NCBI GenBank assembly: GCA_019232735.1
Contig: JAFANL010000094.1
Span: forward strand, 1 to 35,644
Direction of reading: 5' to 3'
Length of the DNA: 35,644 bases
Source: Aquitalea sp.
GTDB lineage: Bacteria; Pseudomonadota; Gammaproteobacteria; Burkholderiales; Chromobacteriaceae
The translations under genes and the position numbers were made by a program. The notes under the pieces were generated by a model, which did no database searches, was not told the origin of the DNA, and worked only from the letters and a program-made list of their open reading frames with translations. Positions 1 through 8,720 of this stretch are shown piece by piece. Position 1 is the stretch's first letter; the number at the start of each line of letters is the position of its first letter.

Positions 1-244
1 CAGCTTTCATCAGACCGCGCTGCAGACAATGCTGGACGCACTGGGCAGCCGCAAACTGCTGCTCTGCGGCATGATGACGCAGAACTGCGTCACCCATACC
101 GCCCTGTCACGCGCCGCTGACAACTATGAAGTCGCCGTACTGGCCGACTGCTGCACCACGGTGGACCAGATGCTGCACGCCATCGCGCTCAATGCCCTGT
201 CCACCCGCGTGGCCCTGCCCACCGCAGCGCAAGCGCTGGCCTGA
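1..244 (+). CDS. Isochorismatase-family cysteine hydrolase, 3' part (5' truncated by window)
   Basis: Frame is open from base 2 (SFHQTALQTMLDALG...). It contains LLLCGMMTQNCVTHTA (catalytic Cys motif) and VAVLADCCTT, typical of the isochorismatase C-terminal half. Confidence 0.85.
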   Translation, partial: SFHQTALQTMLDALGSRKLLLCGMMTQNCVTHTALSRAADNYEVAVLADCCTTVDQMLHAIALNALSTRVALPTAAQALA

Positions 245-650
245 AGCGCTCCGAATTGGGCGTTGCCTAGCCATCCACCGACAAATTACGTTTAGAAATT
301 AGCTATACGAAGGTTCGAGTAAGCTTCGGGATTGCAGGTACTTGCATCATCCAAGCACCAAGAGTCACACAGCGGCATTGTCATGGGCCGAGTAGCACTC
401 ACTTGCTGGTTTGCAGCCGAAATCAGCGTGAGGTACTGCCCTACCTTGGGCGGCGCCTTGGCAAATCGGCACAATGCCCATACTCGACTACCAGCGATGC
501 GCGAGGCTCGATGATGGCATGGCTTCTTGCTGAACTCGGGAAACCTGTGATGGAGCATTTGCTGGAGCCGCAAGTAGCCGCGACGGTGCGTGGCAGTGAC
601 ATGCCTAGGAGAAATAGGGAAAGCAGCGAGTGCCATCCGTGGGCTAGACC

Positions 651-1268
651 CTACTTGCTGCGCTCGGTCATCGCAATGATGGTCTCTTGCAACTCATCCC
701 GTGCTTGCTCTTCACTGATGTCTCCGGCCACAGCCGCCTGCGACAGCGCATCGGCCGCGCCAAGCATCGCCCACAGGCTCGCCCGCGACATTCCCTGTGA
801 GCCCGCGAATGGCGCGAGGATGGTATGGCACTTCTCTATGAATACCTGCTGGTACTGCCGTTTGACCGCTGCCAGTTCCGGCGAGCCGCTGAGTGCAGCC
901 AATACGCCGGGTATCTCTCGCCCCTGGGTCAGCACACATTCGACGTAGCTGCGGGCAATGACGCTAGCCTTATCCTTCAACGTAGGTTTGCTAGCCGCAA
1001 TAGCTGTATCAATCACAGCGGTCTGACGCACGTCAAAGTCCTGATAGAGCGCTGCCAATAGTCCATTACGGGTACGAAAGTGGTCATAAACGACCGGCTT
1101 GGTGACTCCTGCATCATCGGCCAGCCGCCCCAAGGTCAACGCATCTGTGCCTTCGGCTCTGATCAACAGCCATGACACATCGAGAAGCTGGCGTAAACGC
1201 TCATCCCTAGGCAGGCGACGACGGCGGGAATCTTGGGTGGCATCGGTTTTTTTTTCAAGACTTGACAT
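651..1268 (-). CDS. TetR/AcrR-family transcriptional regulator
   Basis: N-terminal HTH LTLGRLADDAGVTKPVVYDHFRTRNGLL; 205 aa; divergent from an MFS pump. Confidence 0.93.
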   Translation of the reverse strand: MSSLEKKTDATQDSRRRRLPRDERLRQLLDVSWLLIRAEGTDALTLGRLADDAGVTKPVVYDHFRTRNGLLAALYQDFDVRQTAVIDTAIAASKPTLKDKASVIARSYVECVLTQGREIPGVLAALSGSPELAAVKRQYQQVFIEKCHTILAPFAGSQGMSRASLWAMLGAADALSQAAVAGDISEEQARDELQETIIAMTERSK

Positions 1269-1290
1269 CGCTATATACCGAAAGTAACTT
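1262..1290 (+). promoter_or_regulatory. Putative sigma70 promoter for the MFS gene
   Basis: TTGACA (1262-1267), 17-bp spacer, TAACTT (1285-1290). The -35 box overlaps the tetR start codon on the other strand. Confidence 0.6.
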
Positions 1291-1316
1291 AACTAAGCAG
1301 GTTACTTTTAGTATAT
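1273..1316. promoter_or_regulatory. Putative TetR operator (inverted repeat)
   Basis: ATATACCGAAAGTAACT (1273-1289) and GGTTACTTTTAGTATAT (1300-1316) are 14/17 complementary. The repeat overlaps the predicted -10 box in the tetR/MFS divergent region. Confidence 0.65.
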
Positions 1317-1368
1317 TAATTCGCAACCCAGTAGACAATCGGGTGGCGTCCACAATAGGACTAAGGCC

Positions 1369-2841
1369 ATGAACACCGATCCGCTTTCAACTCCACGATC
1401 CCCCCGCCACAAAACATGGTTGGGGCTTCTGACCGTTCTTTCCTTGGTACTGCTGGTTGCGATGGACGGCTCCGTGTTGTACCTCGCCATGCCACGCCTC
1501 ACATCCTCAATTCTGCCGACGGCAGATCAGGCGCTCTGGATTCTCGACATCTACGGCTTCGTCGTCGGGTCATTATTGATCACCTTCGGCAATGTCGGGG
1601 ATCGCTATGGTCGACTGAAGCTGATGATGGTCGGGGCCTTCATTTTCGGTTTGGGATCGCTGGGCGTCGCGTACTCGACCACAGCCGAAGCCATGATCGC
1701 GTTCCGTGCACTCATGGGCCTGGGCGGGGCCACGCTGCTGCCGTCAGGGCTGGCAATCGTCAGTGCCTTGTTCCCCGATCCGCGTCAGCGCGCGCAGGCC
1801 ATCGGCATCTTCGCAGCCACCTTCGCAGCGGGTTTTGCCATTGGACCGGTCCTGGGCGGGCTGCTGCTGCAACACTTCGATTGGGGCGTGGTATTCATGA
1901 TCAACGTTCCAGTTGTACTGATCTTTCTACTGACCGCACCACTACTGCTGCGAGAAGTGCATTTCACCCGCTATGGCCGCATCGACGTGCCGAGCCTATT
2001 GCTGTCCTTCGCCGGTATCCTACTGTTCACCTATTCGATCAAGAGTGGGGCCGCAGGGGGATTCACCACGCCCCAGATCATTGCGGGCCTCATCGGCCTC
2101 GCTGCGCTGACACTATTCATCCTTCGGCAAACAACGATTGCATTTCCGCTGCTGGATCTGAGCTTGTTCAAGGATCGCGTCTTCTCGATCGCCATCCTGA
2201 CCGGCCTACTGTCGCTGGTGGTTTGGTCAGCAGCCGGTTACTTGTCAGGCATCTACCTGCAATCTGTGCTGGACTTCGAGGTATTCACCGCCGCGCTACT
2301 CACCTTGCCGGGTGCAGTGGTGCTCACCGCTACCTGCATTGGAACGAGCCTCATCGTGGAGCACCTAGGACGCAAGGCTGCGCTGGTTGCCACGCATTTC
2401 CTGATCAGCGCGGGTGTGTTCCTGCTGCTATTCACGACGACTGAGGCCGGTGCCATTGCATTCGTGGCCTCGACGGTGATCGCAGGCGTAGGCTACGGCC
2501 TCTCCTTCAGCCTTGTGGCCGAAATCGCTATCTCTGCCGTTCCTCCCGAGCGCGCGGGGGCAGCCAGCTCCATCGCTGAAACCAGCAACGAAATCGGTAA
2601 TGCCCTCGGCATCACCTTGCTAGGTTCGCTAGCAGCACTAGTGTTCCGGCTGTCCGGCCCCGGCATGGCGGGCACCTTGAATGAAACCCTCGACCGTACA
2701 GGAGTGACTGCGCAGGCTGTGATGCAAGCGAAGGAGGCCTTTCTATCGGGGCTGCACCTGGCGGTAGGCATCGGTGGGCTACTCACGCTGTTGGTAGGCA
2801 GCTTGGCCTGGTTCTGGTTGCCACGAAAGCTGCCGGAATAG
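1369..2841 (+). CDS. MFS drug:H+ antiporter, DHA2 (14-TMS, QacA/SmvA-like)
   Basis: 490 aa hydrophobic protein with LVAMDGSVLYLAMP, WILDIY, motif A GNVGDRYGRLK, RALMGLGGA, GPVLGGLLL and WGVVFMINVP. Confidence 0.93.
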   Translation: MNTDPLSTPRSPRHKTWLGLLTVLSLVLLVAMDGSVLYLAMPRLTSSILPTADQALWILDIYGFVVGSLLITFGNVGDRYGRLKLMMVGAFIFGLGSLGVAYSTTAEAMIAFRALMGLGGATLLPSGLAIVSALFPDPRQRAQAIGIFAATFAAGFAIGPVLGGLLLQHFDWGVVFMINVPVVLIFLLTAPLLLREVHFTRYGRIDVPSLLLSFAGILLFTYSIKSGAAGGFTTPQIIAGLIGLAALTLFILRQTTIAFPLLDLSLFKDRVFSIAILTGLLSLVVWSAAGYLSGIYLQSVLDFEVFTAALLTLPGAVVLTATCIGTSLIVEHLGRKAALVATHFLISAGVFLLLFTTTEAGAIAFVASTVIAGVGYGLSFSLVAEIAISAVPPERAGAASSIAETSNEIGNALGITLLGSLAALVFRLSGPGMAGTLNETLDRTGVTAQAVMQAKEAFLSGLHLAVGIGGLLTLLVGSLAWFWLPRKLPE

Positions 2842-2855
2842 AAATTCAAGCAATG

Positions 2856-2885
2856 AAAAAACCCGCCAGCGGCGGGTTTTTGTTT
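2856..2885. terminator. Bidirectional rho-independent terminator between MFS and fumarase
   Basis: AAAAAA-CCCGCC-AGC-GGCGGG-TTTTT between convergent genes. Confidence 0.85.
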
Positions 2886-2905
2886 ACAGCAAAGCTCGGT
2901 CAGGC

Positions 2906-4432
2906 TCAGGCCTTGTTGACCGGAATCTTGCCAATCTTGACACGCCATTCCGCCGGGCCGGTATTGTGTACCGAGATACCGTTGGAATCGACAGCCACCG
3001 TCACCGGCATGTCTTTCACTTCGAACTCGTAGATCGCTTCCATGCCCAGGTCGGCAAAGCCCACCACTTTGGAGGCCTTGATGGCCTTGGACACCAGATA
3101 GGCCGAACCGCCCACCGCCATCAGATAGACAGCCTTGTTGTCCTTGATGGCTTCGATGGCCGCCGGGCCGCGCTCAGCCTTGCCGATCATGCCCAGCAAG
3201 CCAGTCTGTTCCAGCATTTGACGGGTGAACTTGTCCATGCGGGTGGCGGTGGTGGGGCCGGCCGGGCCAACCACTTCGTCACGCACTGGATCAACCGGGC
3301 CCACGTAGTAGATGAAGCGGTTGGTGAAGTCCACCGGCAGCGCTTCGCCCTTGTTCAGCATGTCCACCATGCGCTTGTGCGCGGCGTCACGGCCGGTGAG
3401 GATCTTGCCGTTCAGCAGCAGCACGTCGCCCGGCTGCCAGCTGGCCACTTCTTCCTTGGTGATGTTGTCCAAGTCTACGCGCTTGCCATTGCTGGTGTCG
3501 TAGGTGATTTCCGGCCAGTCTTCCAGGCTGGGTACGGCCAGGTGGGCCGGACCGCTGCCATCCAGATGGAAGTGGATATGACGGGTAGCGGCGCAGTTGG
3601 GAATCAGGGCGACCGGCAGGCTGGCGGCGTGGGTCGGGTAGTCCAGAATCTTCACGTCCAGCACGGTGGTGAGACCACCCAGGCCTTGAGCGCCAATACC
3701 CAGTGCGTTCACTTTTTCGAAGATTTCCAGGCGCAGCTGTTCAACACGGGTCAGTTCTGCACCGCTCTCTGCCTTGGCCTTCAGCTCGTGAATGTCCACA
3801 TGCGACATCAGGCTTTCCTTGGCCAGCAGCATGGCTTTTTCCGGGGTACCGCCAATGCCGATACCCAGGATGCCCGGCGGGCACCAGCCAGCACCCATGG
3901 TGGGCACGGTCTTGATCACCCAGTCGACAATGCTGTCGGACGGATTCAGCGCGTAGAACTTGGACTTGTTCTCCGAGCCGCCGCCCTTGGCCGCACAGGT
4001 CACTTCCACGCCGTCGCCTTCAACGATTTCGAAGTGCACCACGGCCGGGGTGTTGTCCTTGCTGTTCTGGCGCTTGCCAGCCGGGTCCAGCAGCACGGAA
4101 GCGCGCAGCTTGTTGTCCGGGTTGTTGTAGGCACGGCGTACGCCTTCGTTGACCATCTCCTGCACCGACAGGGTGGCGTCCCACTGCACATTCATGCCCA
4201 CTTTCAGGAACACCACGGCAATGCCGGTATCCTGACAGATGGGACGACGGCCTTCGGCACACATGCGGCTGTTGATCAGGATCTGTGCCATCGCGTCCTT
4301 GGCGGCCGGGCTTTCTTCATGCAGATAAGCCTGGTACAGGGCGTCGATGTAGTCCTTGGGGTGGTAGCAACTGATGTACTGAAAAGCATCGGCGATGCTT
4401 TGAATGAAATCATCCTGACGGATAACAGCCAT
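2906..4432 (-). CDS. fumA: Fumarate hydratase class I (Fe-S)
   Basis: RPICQDTG, KGGGSENKS, GWCPPG, NCAATRH, TGRDAAHKR and GPTTATRM motifs; GGAG SD; strongly biased codon use. Confidence 0.93.
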   Translation of the reverse strand: MAVIRQDDFIQSIADAFQYISCYHPKDYIDALYQAYLHEESPAAKDAMAQILINSRMCAEGRRPICQDTGIAVVFLKVGMNVQWDATLSVQEMVNEGVRRAYNNPDNKLRASVLLDPAGKRQNSKDNTPAVVHFEIVEGDGVEVTCAAKGGGSENKSKFYALNPSDSIVDWVIKTVPTMGAGWCPPGILGIGIGGTPEKAMLLAKESLMSHVDIHELKAKAESGAELTRVEQLRLEIFEKVNALGIGAQGLGGLTTVLDVKILDYPTHAASLPVALIPNCAATRHIHFHLDGSGPAHLAVPSLEDWPEITYDTSNGKRVDLDNITKEEVASWQPGDVLLLNGKILTGRDAAHKRMVDMLNKGEALPVDFTNRFIYYVGPVDPVRDEVVGPAGPTTATRMDKFTRQMLEQTGLLGMIGKAERGPAAIEAIKDNKAVYLMAVGGSAYLVSKAIKASKVVGFADLGMEAIYEFEVKDMPVTVAVDSNGISVHNTGPAEWRVKIGKIPVNKA

Positions 4433-4492
4433 GAGCGGTCTCTCCAGCGTAGGGGCTTTAGGAATTGTCCGGATATTTTAGGCGCTTGCGCT

Positions 4493-5437
4493 CTATTGCG
4501 CCATGCCTGTACCGGGATTAAGCCCAAGCGCCCACTGCTGCAGATACACGGCAAATGCCTCCAGTTGCAGCTCCACCTCCTGCAACAAGAGCGGCAGGCG
4601 CTCCTGCTGGCGGCTGCGTCCGGCCTGTTCCAGCTGGCTGGCGGCGTGAGACAGGGCCCGGGCCCCCACACTGGCACTGGCGCCCTTGATGCGATGGGCC
4701 AGCAAGATGAGTTCATCCATGTCCGAACACTGCCAGGCTTGCAGCAAATTCAACAAATCTTCCCGCTTGTGCTGCACAAAGCCCTGCAGCAAGGCCAGTT
4801 CCTGGCCTGCATCTCCCATGCTGAATGCCTGCAGCACACTGTGATCCAGCACGGGTAGCGCAGCGGCAGCCTCACCATTGGGGCTGGCATGGGTCTCATG
4901 ATCCGGCACCATCTGCAGCCATAGCTGCAGTGAACAGCCCCAGCCATGTTCAGACTCAGCCAGCCGCAACGCGCCCCCCAGCTGCCGGGCGAGCAGGCGG
5001 GCAAGCGGTGGCATACCTTGGCTGCTCTTGCTTGTTTGCCGCGAGGATGGCTGCAGTGCCGTCACCGCCATCCCATGGTGAACGCTGATTTCAACCGTGA
5101 TGAGCTGACGCATCTGCTGCTGCGCCCACGCTTGTACCTGTAGCTGAAGACTGCCACCGCTGGCATGCTGGATGGCGTGCCGCAACAGAAGGCGGATCAG
5201 CAAGGACAGGGTGGGCGTCGGCAAGCGCAAGACCGGTGCCAGATGCTCATCAATCTGCCAGTTGAATGCCACCCCTTGTCGGGTGGTCTGCAGCCGGAAC
5301 CAGCCGCACCACAGGGCAAGCTGCTGCGACAGGGAGGCCGCCTGCAAGCTGCCCCGTGCGATGGAAACGACACCCCGCCGCATGGGCAAGGCTGGCCGCA
5401 CACCAGCCCGCAGGCGGCGCATTGAGGCGGCTATCAT
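4493..5437 (-). CDS. Hpt-domain protein with an N-terminal degenerate HATPase_c-like region
   Basis: C-terminal Hpt motif LAHRIKGASASVGA. The upstream region resembles a kinase CA domain (LLLRHAIQH...GGSLQL...LARLLARQLGGALRL). ATG 5437 has GGAG 7 nt upstream and is preferred over 5533. Confidence 0.75.
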   Translation of the reverse strand: MIAASMRRLRAGVRPALPMRRGVVSIARGSLQAASLSQQLALWCGWFRLQTTRQGVAFNWQIDEHLAPVLRLPTPTLSLLIRLLLRHAIQHASGGSLQLQVQAWAQQQMRQLITVEISVHHGMAVTALQPSSRQTSKSSQGMPPLARLLARQLGGALRLAESEHGWGCSLQLWLQMVPDHETHASPNGEAAAALPVLDHSVLQAFSMGDAGQELALLQGFVQHKREDLLNLLQAWQCSDMDELILLAHRIKGASASVGARALSHAASQLEQAGRSRQQERLPLLLQEVELQLEAFAVYLQQWALGLNPGTGMAQ

Positions 5438-5555
5438 GGATAGGCTCCGCGGAAGTAAGGGGCCGTTGCAGCTGGCATCCGGCCCGGAAGAAGAGAAATG
5501 CAGTATGCCAGTAGCGGCTGGCCCACGGTGCACAGACGACAGGCTAGCGCAGGGC

Positions 5556-7274
5556 TCAGCTTGATGAGTACGTTCGGCGTCCCGGTGACTCGGCCTTGAC
5601 CCGGTACATGGCGTTATCCGCCACGCTGACCAGCTGCTCCACCGTTTGCCCGTCTCGCGGGTACAGGCTGTAGCCGATGCTGGCCCCCACCGTGAGCCGC
5701 TCCCCTGCCACGATCATGGCTTCGGCGATGCTGCTGCCCAGCTTGCCGATCAACTCGTCCAGGGTGTGAGGGGTGAAACTGCCCTGCAGCAGAATCAGGT
5801 ACTCATCTCCGCCCAGGCGGGCCACCATGTCACCGCTACGCACCACATGCAGCAAGCGGTGCGCCACGATCTGCAGGATTTGGTCACCACAAGCATGGCC
5901 ATGACGGTCATTCACTTCCTTGAAGCGGTCCAGATCGATAAACAGCACGGCAAACTGAATTTCTTCATGCTGCGCCTGCTGCAGCAACTGCTCCAGCCGC
6001 TGGAAAAACAAGGAACGATTGGCCAGCCCGGTCAGGCTGTCGTGATGGGCAAGATAACTCAGCTCACGCTGATTGTCATACAAACTGGCCATGTGATTGT
6101 TGATCTGCAAACGCATGCGATCGAAATTGCGGGCCAGCACGCCAATTTCATCATTACGCTCCACCGGCAGAGCGGTCGGTTGAGCGGAGGAGGAGAAACT
6201 ACTCGCGGCTTCGGCCAGCATATTGATGGGGCGCAGCAAAGCCCTGGCAAATATCACCCCCAACAAGATGGCCATCAGGCTGAAAGCCAACACCATGTGG
6301 ACGATGCGCTGCCCCAGCGGCACAGCAGCTGCCAGCACATCCTTCAGCGGCTCGACCAGGCCGGTGACGACGAAATCCTCCCCCGTCCCCATGCCAAAAG
6401 GTTTGCGCGCAAAGGCCATGATGCGGCCGGGCGATTGTTGCGGCTCATCCAGCCCGCTCAGTTCCAGGGTCCGCCTGGTACGTTCAAACAGGGGCCGGGT
6501 AGCGGGAAAGCTGTCCTGCATCAGAATGCGTCGCCCCTTGTCAAAACCGAAGGTCTGGGAAACATCCGGGTGAACCAGAAAATCGCCCCAGCGATTGGCC
6601 ACATACAGTTGATAGCCTGCCGGCAAATCCGCCAGCGGCTTGGTCAACAAATGGGCCAAATCGATATTGACCACCAGCAAAGCCCCTGGCCGACCATCAT
6701 GCCGTGGCAATGGCGTCGCCACCATCAAGCCCGGACGTCCTTCGGCATCATGCGATGACTGTTCGTGGTTGACGGCGATGCCGGATTGATAAAGCTGGCC
6801 GGCAGGCAGGCTCAGGGTTTCGAATACATAGGCAAAGTGCCCTTTTTCCTGCAGTTCCAGACCGGTCACCCGCTTGGTCAGACCATGGTCACTATCCAGC
6901 CTGACCAGCTCCAGCCCATTGTCCGCAGCCCCGATCAGCCTGATCTGCAGATATTCGGGATGCAGGGCCAGCATGGCCGCAAAAGATTGCGCCAGACGGT
7001 CCTTGGCCCCTTCCCGCTCCGCGCCCTCAGGCAGATTGATGACGCGCTCCACCGGTTCCAGTCGTGCCAGCAGCAGGACATCGGCAGTGGCTTCATCAAT
7101 GTCGGCAGCCAGCCGACGATTGATATTCTGCACCAGCGTCAGCAAATCATCCTTGGCACCAGACACCAGCATGGAGCGATTGGCCGAATAGGCGTAATAG
7201 CCGGTCAGACCGGAAGAGAGGATGCCGAAGATGGCCAGCAGCAAGGCCAGTTTGAACAATAAGCCGGAGCGCAT
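5556..7274 (-). CDS. Membrane diguanylate cyclase (TM-dCache-TM-HAMP-GGDEF)
   Basis: Two TM segments flank a periplasmic Cache-like region. HAMP (RNDEIGVLARNF), HDSLTGLANR, FIDLDRFKEVND, I-site RSGD and active site GGDEY are present. Confidence 0.9.
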   Translation of the reverse strand: MRSGLLFKLALLLAIFGILSSGLTGYYAYSANRSMLVSGAKDDLLTLVQNINRRLAADIDEATADVLLLARLEPVERVINLPEGAEREGAKDRLAQSFAAMLALHPEYLQIRLIGAADNGLELVRLDSDHGLTKRVTGLELQEKGHFAYVFETLSLPAGQLYQSGIAVNHEQSSHDAEGRPGLMVATPLPRHDGRPGALLVVNIDLAHLLTKPLADLPAGYQLYVANRWGDFLVHPDVSQTFGFDKGRRILMQDSFPATRPLFERTRRTLELSGLDEPQQSPGRIMAFARKPFGMGTGEDFVVTGLVEPLKDVLAAAVPLGQRIVHMVLAFSLMAILLGVIFARALLRPINMLAEAASSFSSSAQPTALPVERNDEIGVLARNFDRMRLQINNHMASLYDNQRELSYLAHHDSLTGLANRSLFFQRLEQLLQQAQHEEIQFAVLFIDLDRFKEVNDRHGHACGDQILQIVAHRLLHVVRSGDMVARLGGDEYLILLQGSFTPHTLDELIGKLGSSIAEAMIVAGERLTVGASIGYSLYPRDGQTVEQLVSVADNAMYRVKAESPGRRTYSSS

Positions 7275-7276
7275 GG

Positions 7277-8317
7277 TCAGATATTCCCCGGGCGGTTACC
7301 CGAAATGATCTTTTGCCACAGCGCTTCACGCTGTCCGGCATTCTCTACCGGTTGCAACCACAGCACCCGTGCCGTTGCCTGCAGCTCGCCACTGGCCGTC
7401 AGGGTATCGGCCAAACCCTGCCGCAGCGGCAATAGCCGGCTGACCTCCGGTTCCAGCATGTAGTTGATCCACTGCTGCGCCAGTTGCGGCTTGCTGGCGG
7501 CCACCGTCATGGCCCAGCAATCCAGCCATGCCAGCACGCCTTCACGGGGAATGGCATAGCCGACATCCGCACCCGCCAGGCGCAGGGAATTGAGCTGCTG
7601 AGTGCCATAGTTGCCAAACATCAGCGCAATGCGATGCTGGATGAACAGCTCGGTCGCCTCCTCCGGCAGGCTGTAATAAGTCAGCACATTGCGCCGCAAA
7701 TCAACCAGCCGTTGCACCAGCATTTTTTGCTGTGCCGCAGACAACTGGAAAGGATGATCAATCCCGCTGGCCAACGCGGCAAAGGAAAAATTGTGCTGAG
7801 CGCTATTGAAGTCCAGCACCTTGTGGCGATAGCGCGGATCCCACAGCACATTCATCGAATCAGGCGGCGTGGCGAACTGCCGCTTGTCGTAGATGATGCC
7901 CATGGTGGAATAGGTAAATGGAATGGCATACAGCCGGCCTTGCTGCTGCAGGCCGGGAATAGCCGCCCAATGCCGGAAGCGCGGCAATTGGTGTCGGGTA
8001 TTGGGCAACCAGGCGGGATTCAGGGGCTTGAGCAGTCCGGCAGCAAAATAGCGCTGCATTTCTGCGGTATTGGCGGCAACCACATCATATTGCGGACCAT
8101 GTTGCGCATGCATCTTGTCCCACAGCATTTCGTCGGAATCGACAAAAGTCACTTCGACATCCACCTGGAAGCGCTTTTCAAAGGTCTGCACCACATCCAC
8201 ATCCGCATAGCCGGGCCAGGCCAGAACGCGCAGGACGTCCTTGGCCTGCAATGGCTGCCATGCCAGCAGACTGCAGATGAAACCCGCCATCAGACCGCTT
8301 CGTATTTGCATCGCCAT
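7277..8317 (-). CDS. Periplasmic solute-binding protein, PotD/PotF-like, orphan (no ABC permease/ATPase)
   Basis: Signal peptide; LRVLAWPGY, YAIPFTYSTMGIIYD, LWDPRY, PREGVLAWLDCW, WINYMLEPE. Ends 2 bp before the DGC start. Exact start uncertain (8320/8317/8311). Confidence 0.85.
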   Translation of the reverse strand: MAMQIRSGLMAGFICSLLAWQPLQAKDVLRVLAWPGYADVDVVQTFEKRFQVDVEVTFVDSDEMLWDKMHAQHGPQYDVVAANTAEMQRYFAAGLLKPLNPAWLPNTRHQLPRFRHWAAIPGLQQQGRLYAIPFTYSTMGIIYDKRQFATPPDSMNVLWDPRYRHKVLDFNSAQHNFSFAALASGIDHPFQLSAAQQKMLVQRLVDLRRNVLTYYSLPEEATELFIQHRIALMFGNYGTQQLNSLRLAGADVGYAIPREGVLAWLDCWAMTVAASKPQLAQQWINYMLEPEVSRLLPLRQGLADTLTASGELQATARVLWLQPVENAGQREALWQKIISGNRPGNI

Positions 8318-8504
8318 CAACGTGGTTATTTCAAATCACCGTTTGAATGTAGCTGCTGCCTTGCCTTATGCCTAAGTATTTTTACAGGACGATGGTTTCA
8401 AGTACCTCGAGGACTGCCGCGGTCTCTGTTAAAGCCAGCATCCGCCAGACTATTGATGAGTGCCTCCCCCCAACGCACAGTAACAACCGAGATCTTCTGT
8501 CAAC

Positions 8505-8649
8505 TGCACCAAACTGGAACAATAAACCCGACACAAGCACCATTTAGAGGCATTCCATGCCCGATATGACGCCATCGCACCAGAAGATGACTCACCAAAA
8601 ACGGGCAAACAACGACCATTTGCGGGCATTTGCAGTTCGATTTGGTGCA
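8505..8649. promoter_or_regulatory. NtrC-like binding sites upstream of amt
   Basis: TGCACCAAACTGGAACA (8505-8521) and AGCACCATTTAGAGGCA (8536-8552) match consensus TGCACCA-N3-TGGTGCA. Weaker boxes start at 8591, 8612 and 8633. Confidence 0.7.
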
Positions 8650-8661
8650 CACCCCTGCCCG

Positions 8662-8678
8662 TTGGCATTCAGCTTGCT
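8662..8678 (+). promoter_or_regulatory. sigma54 (-24/-12) promoter of amt
   Basis: TTGGCATTCAGCTTGCT matches TGGCAC-N5-TTGC with exact spacing. Confidence 0.85.
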
Positions 8679-8720
8679 TATTACGGTGTGGACAAAAAGC
8701 CGAAAACAACGGGACTCGCC

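Noticed and set aside
292-948. ORFs 292-636, 332-514 and 403-948 in the gap before tetR
   Set aside because: No SD or motif support, mutually overlapping, and one is antisense to tetR. I cannot support a CDS or pseudogene call.
2966-4858. 630-aa plus-strand ORF
   Set aside because: Antisense shadow of fumarase caused by biased codon usage; no recognisable motifs.
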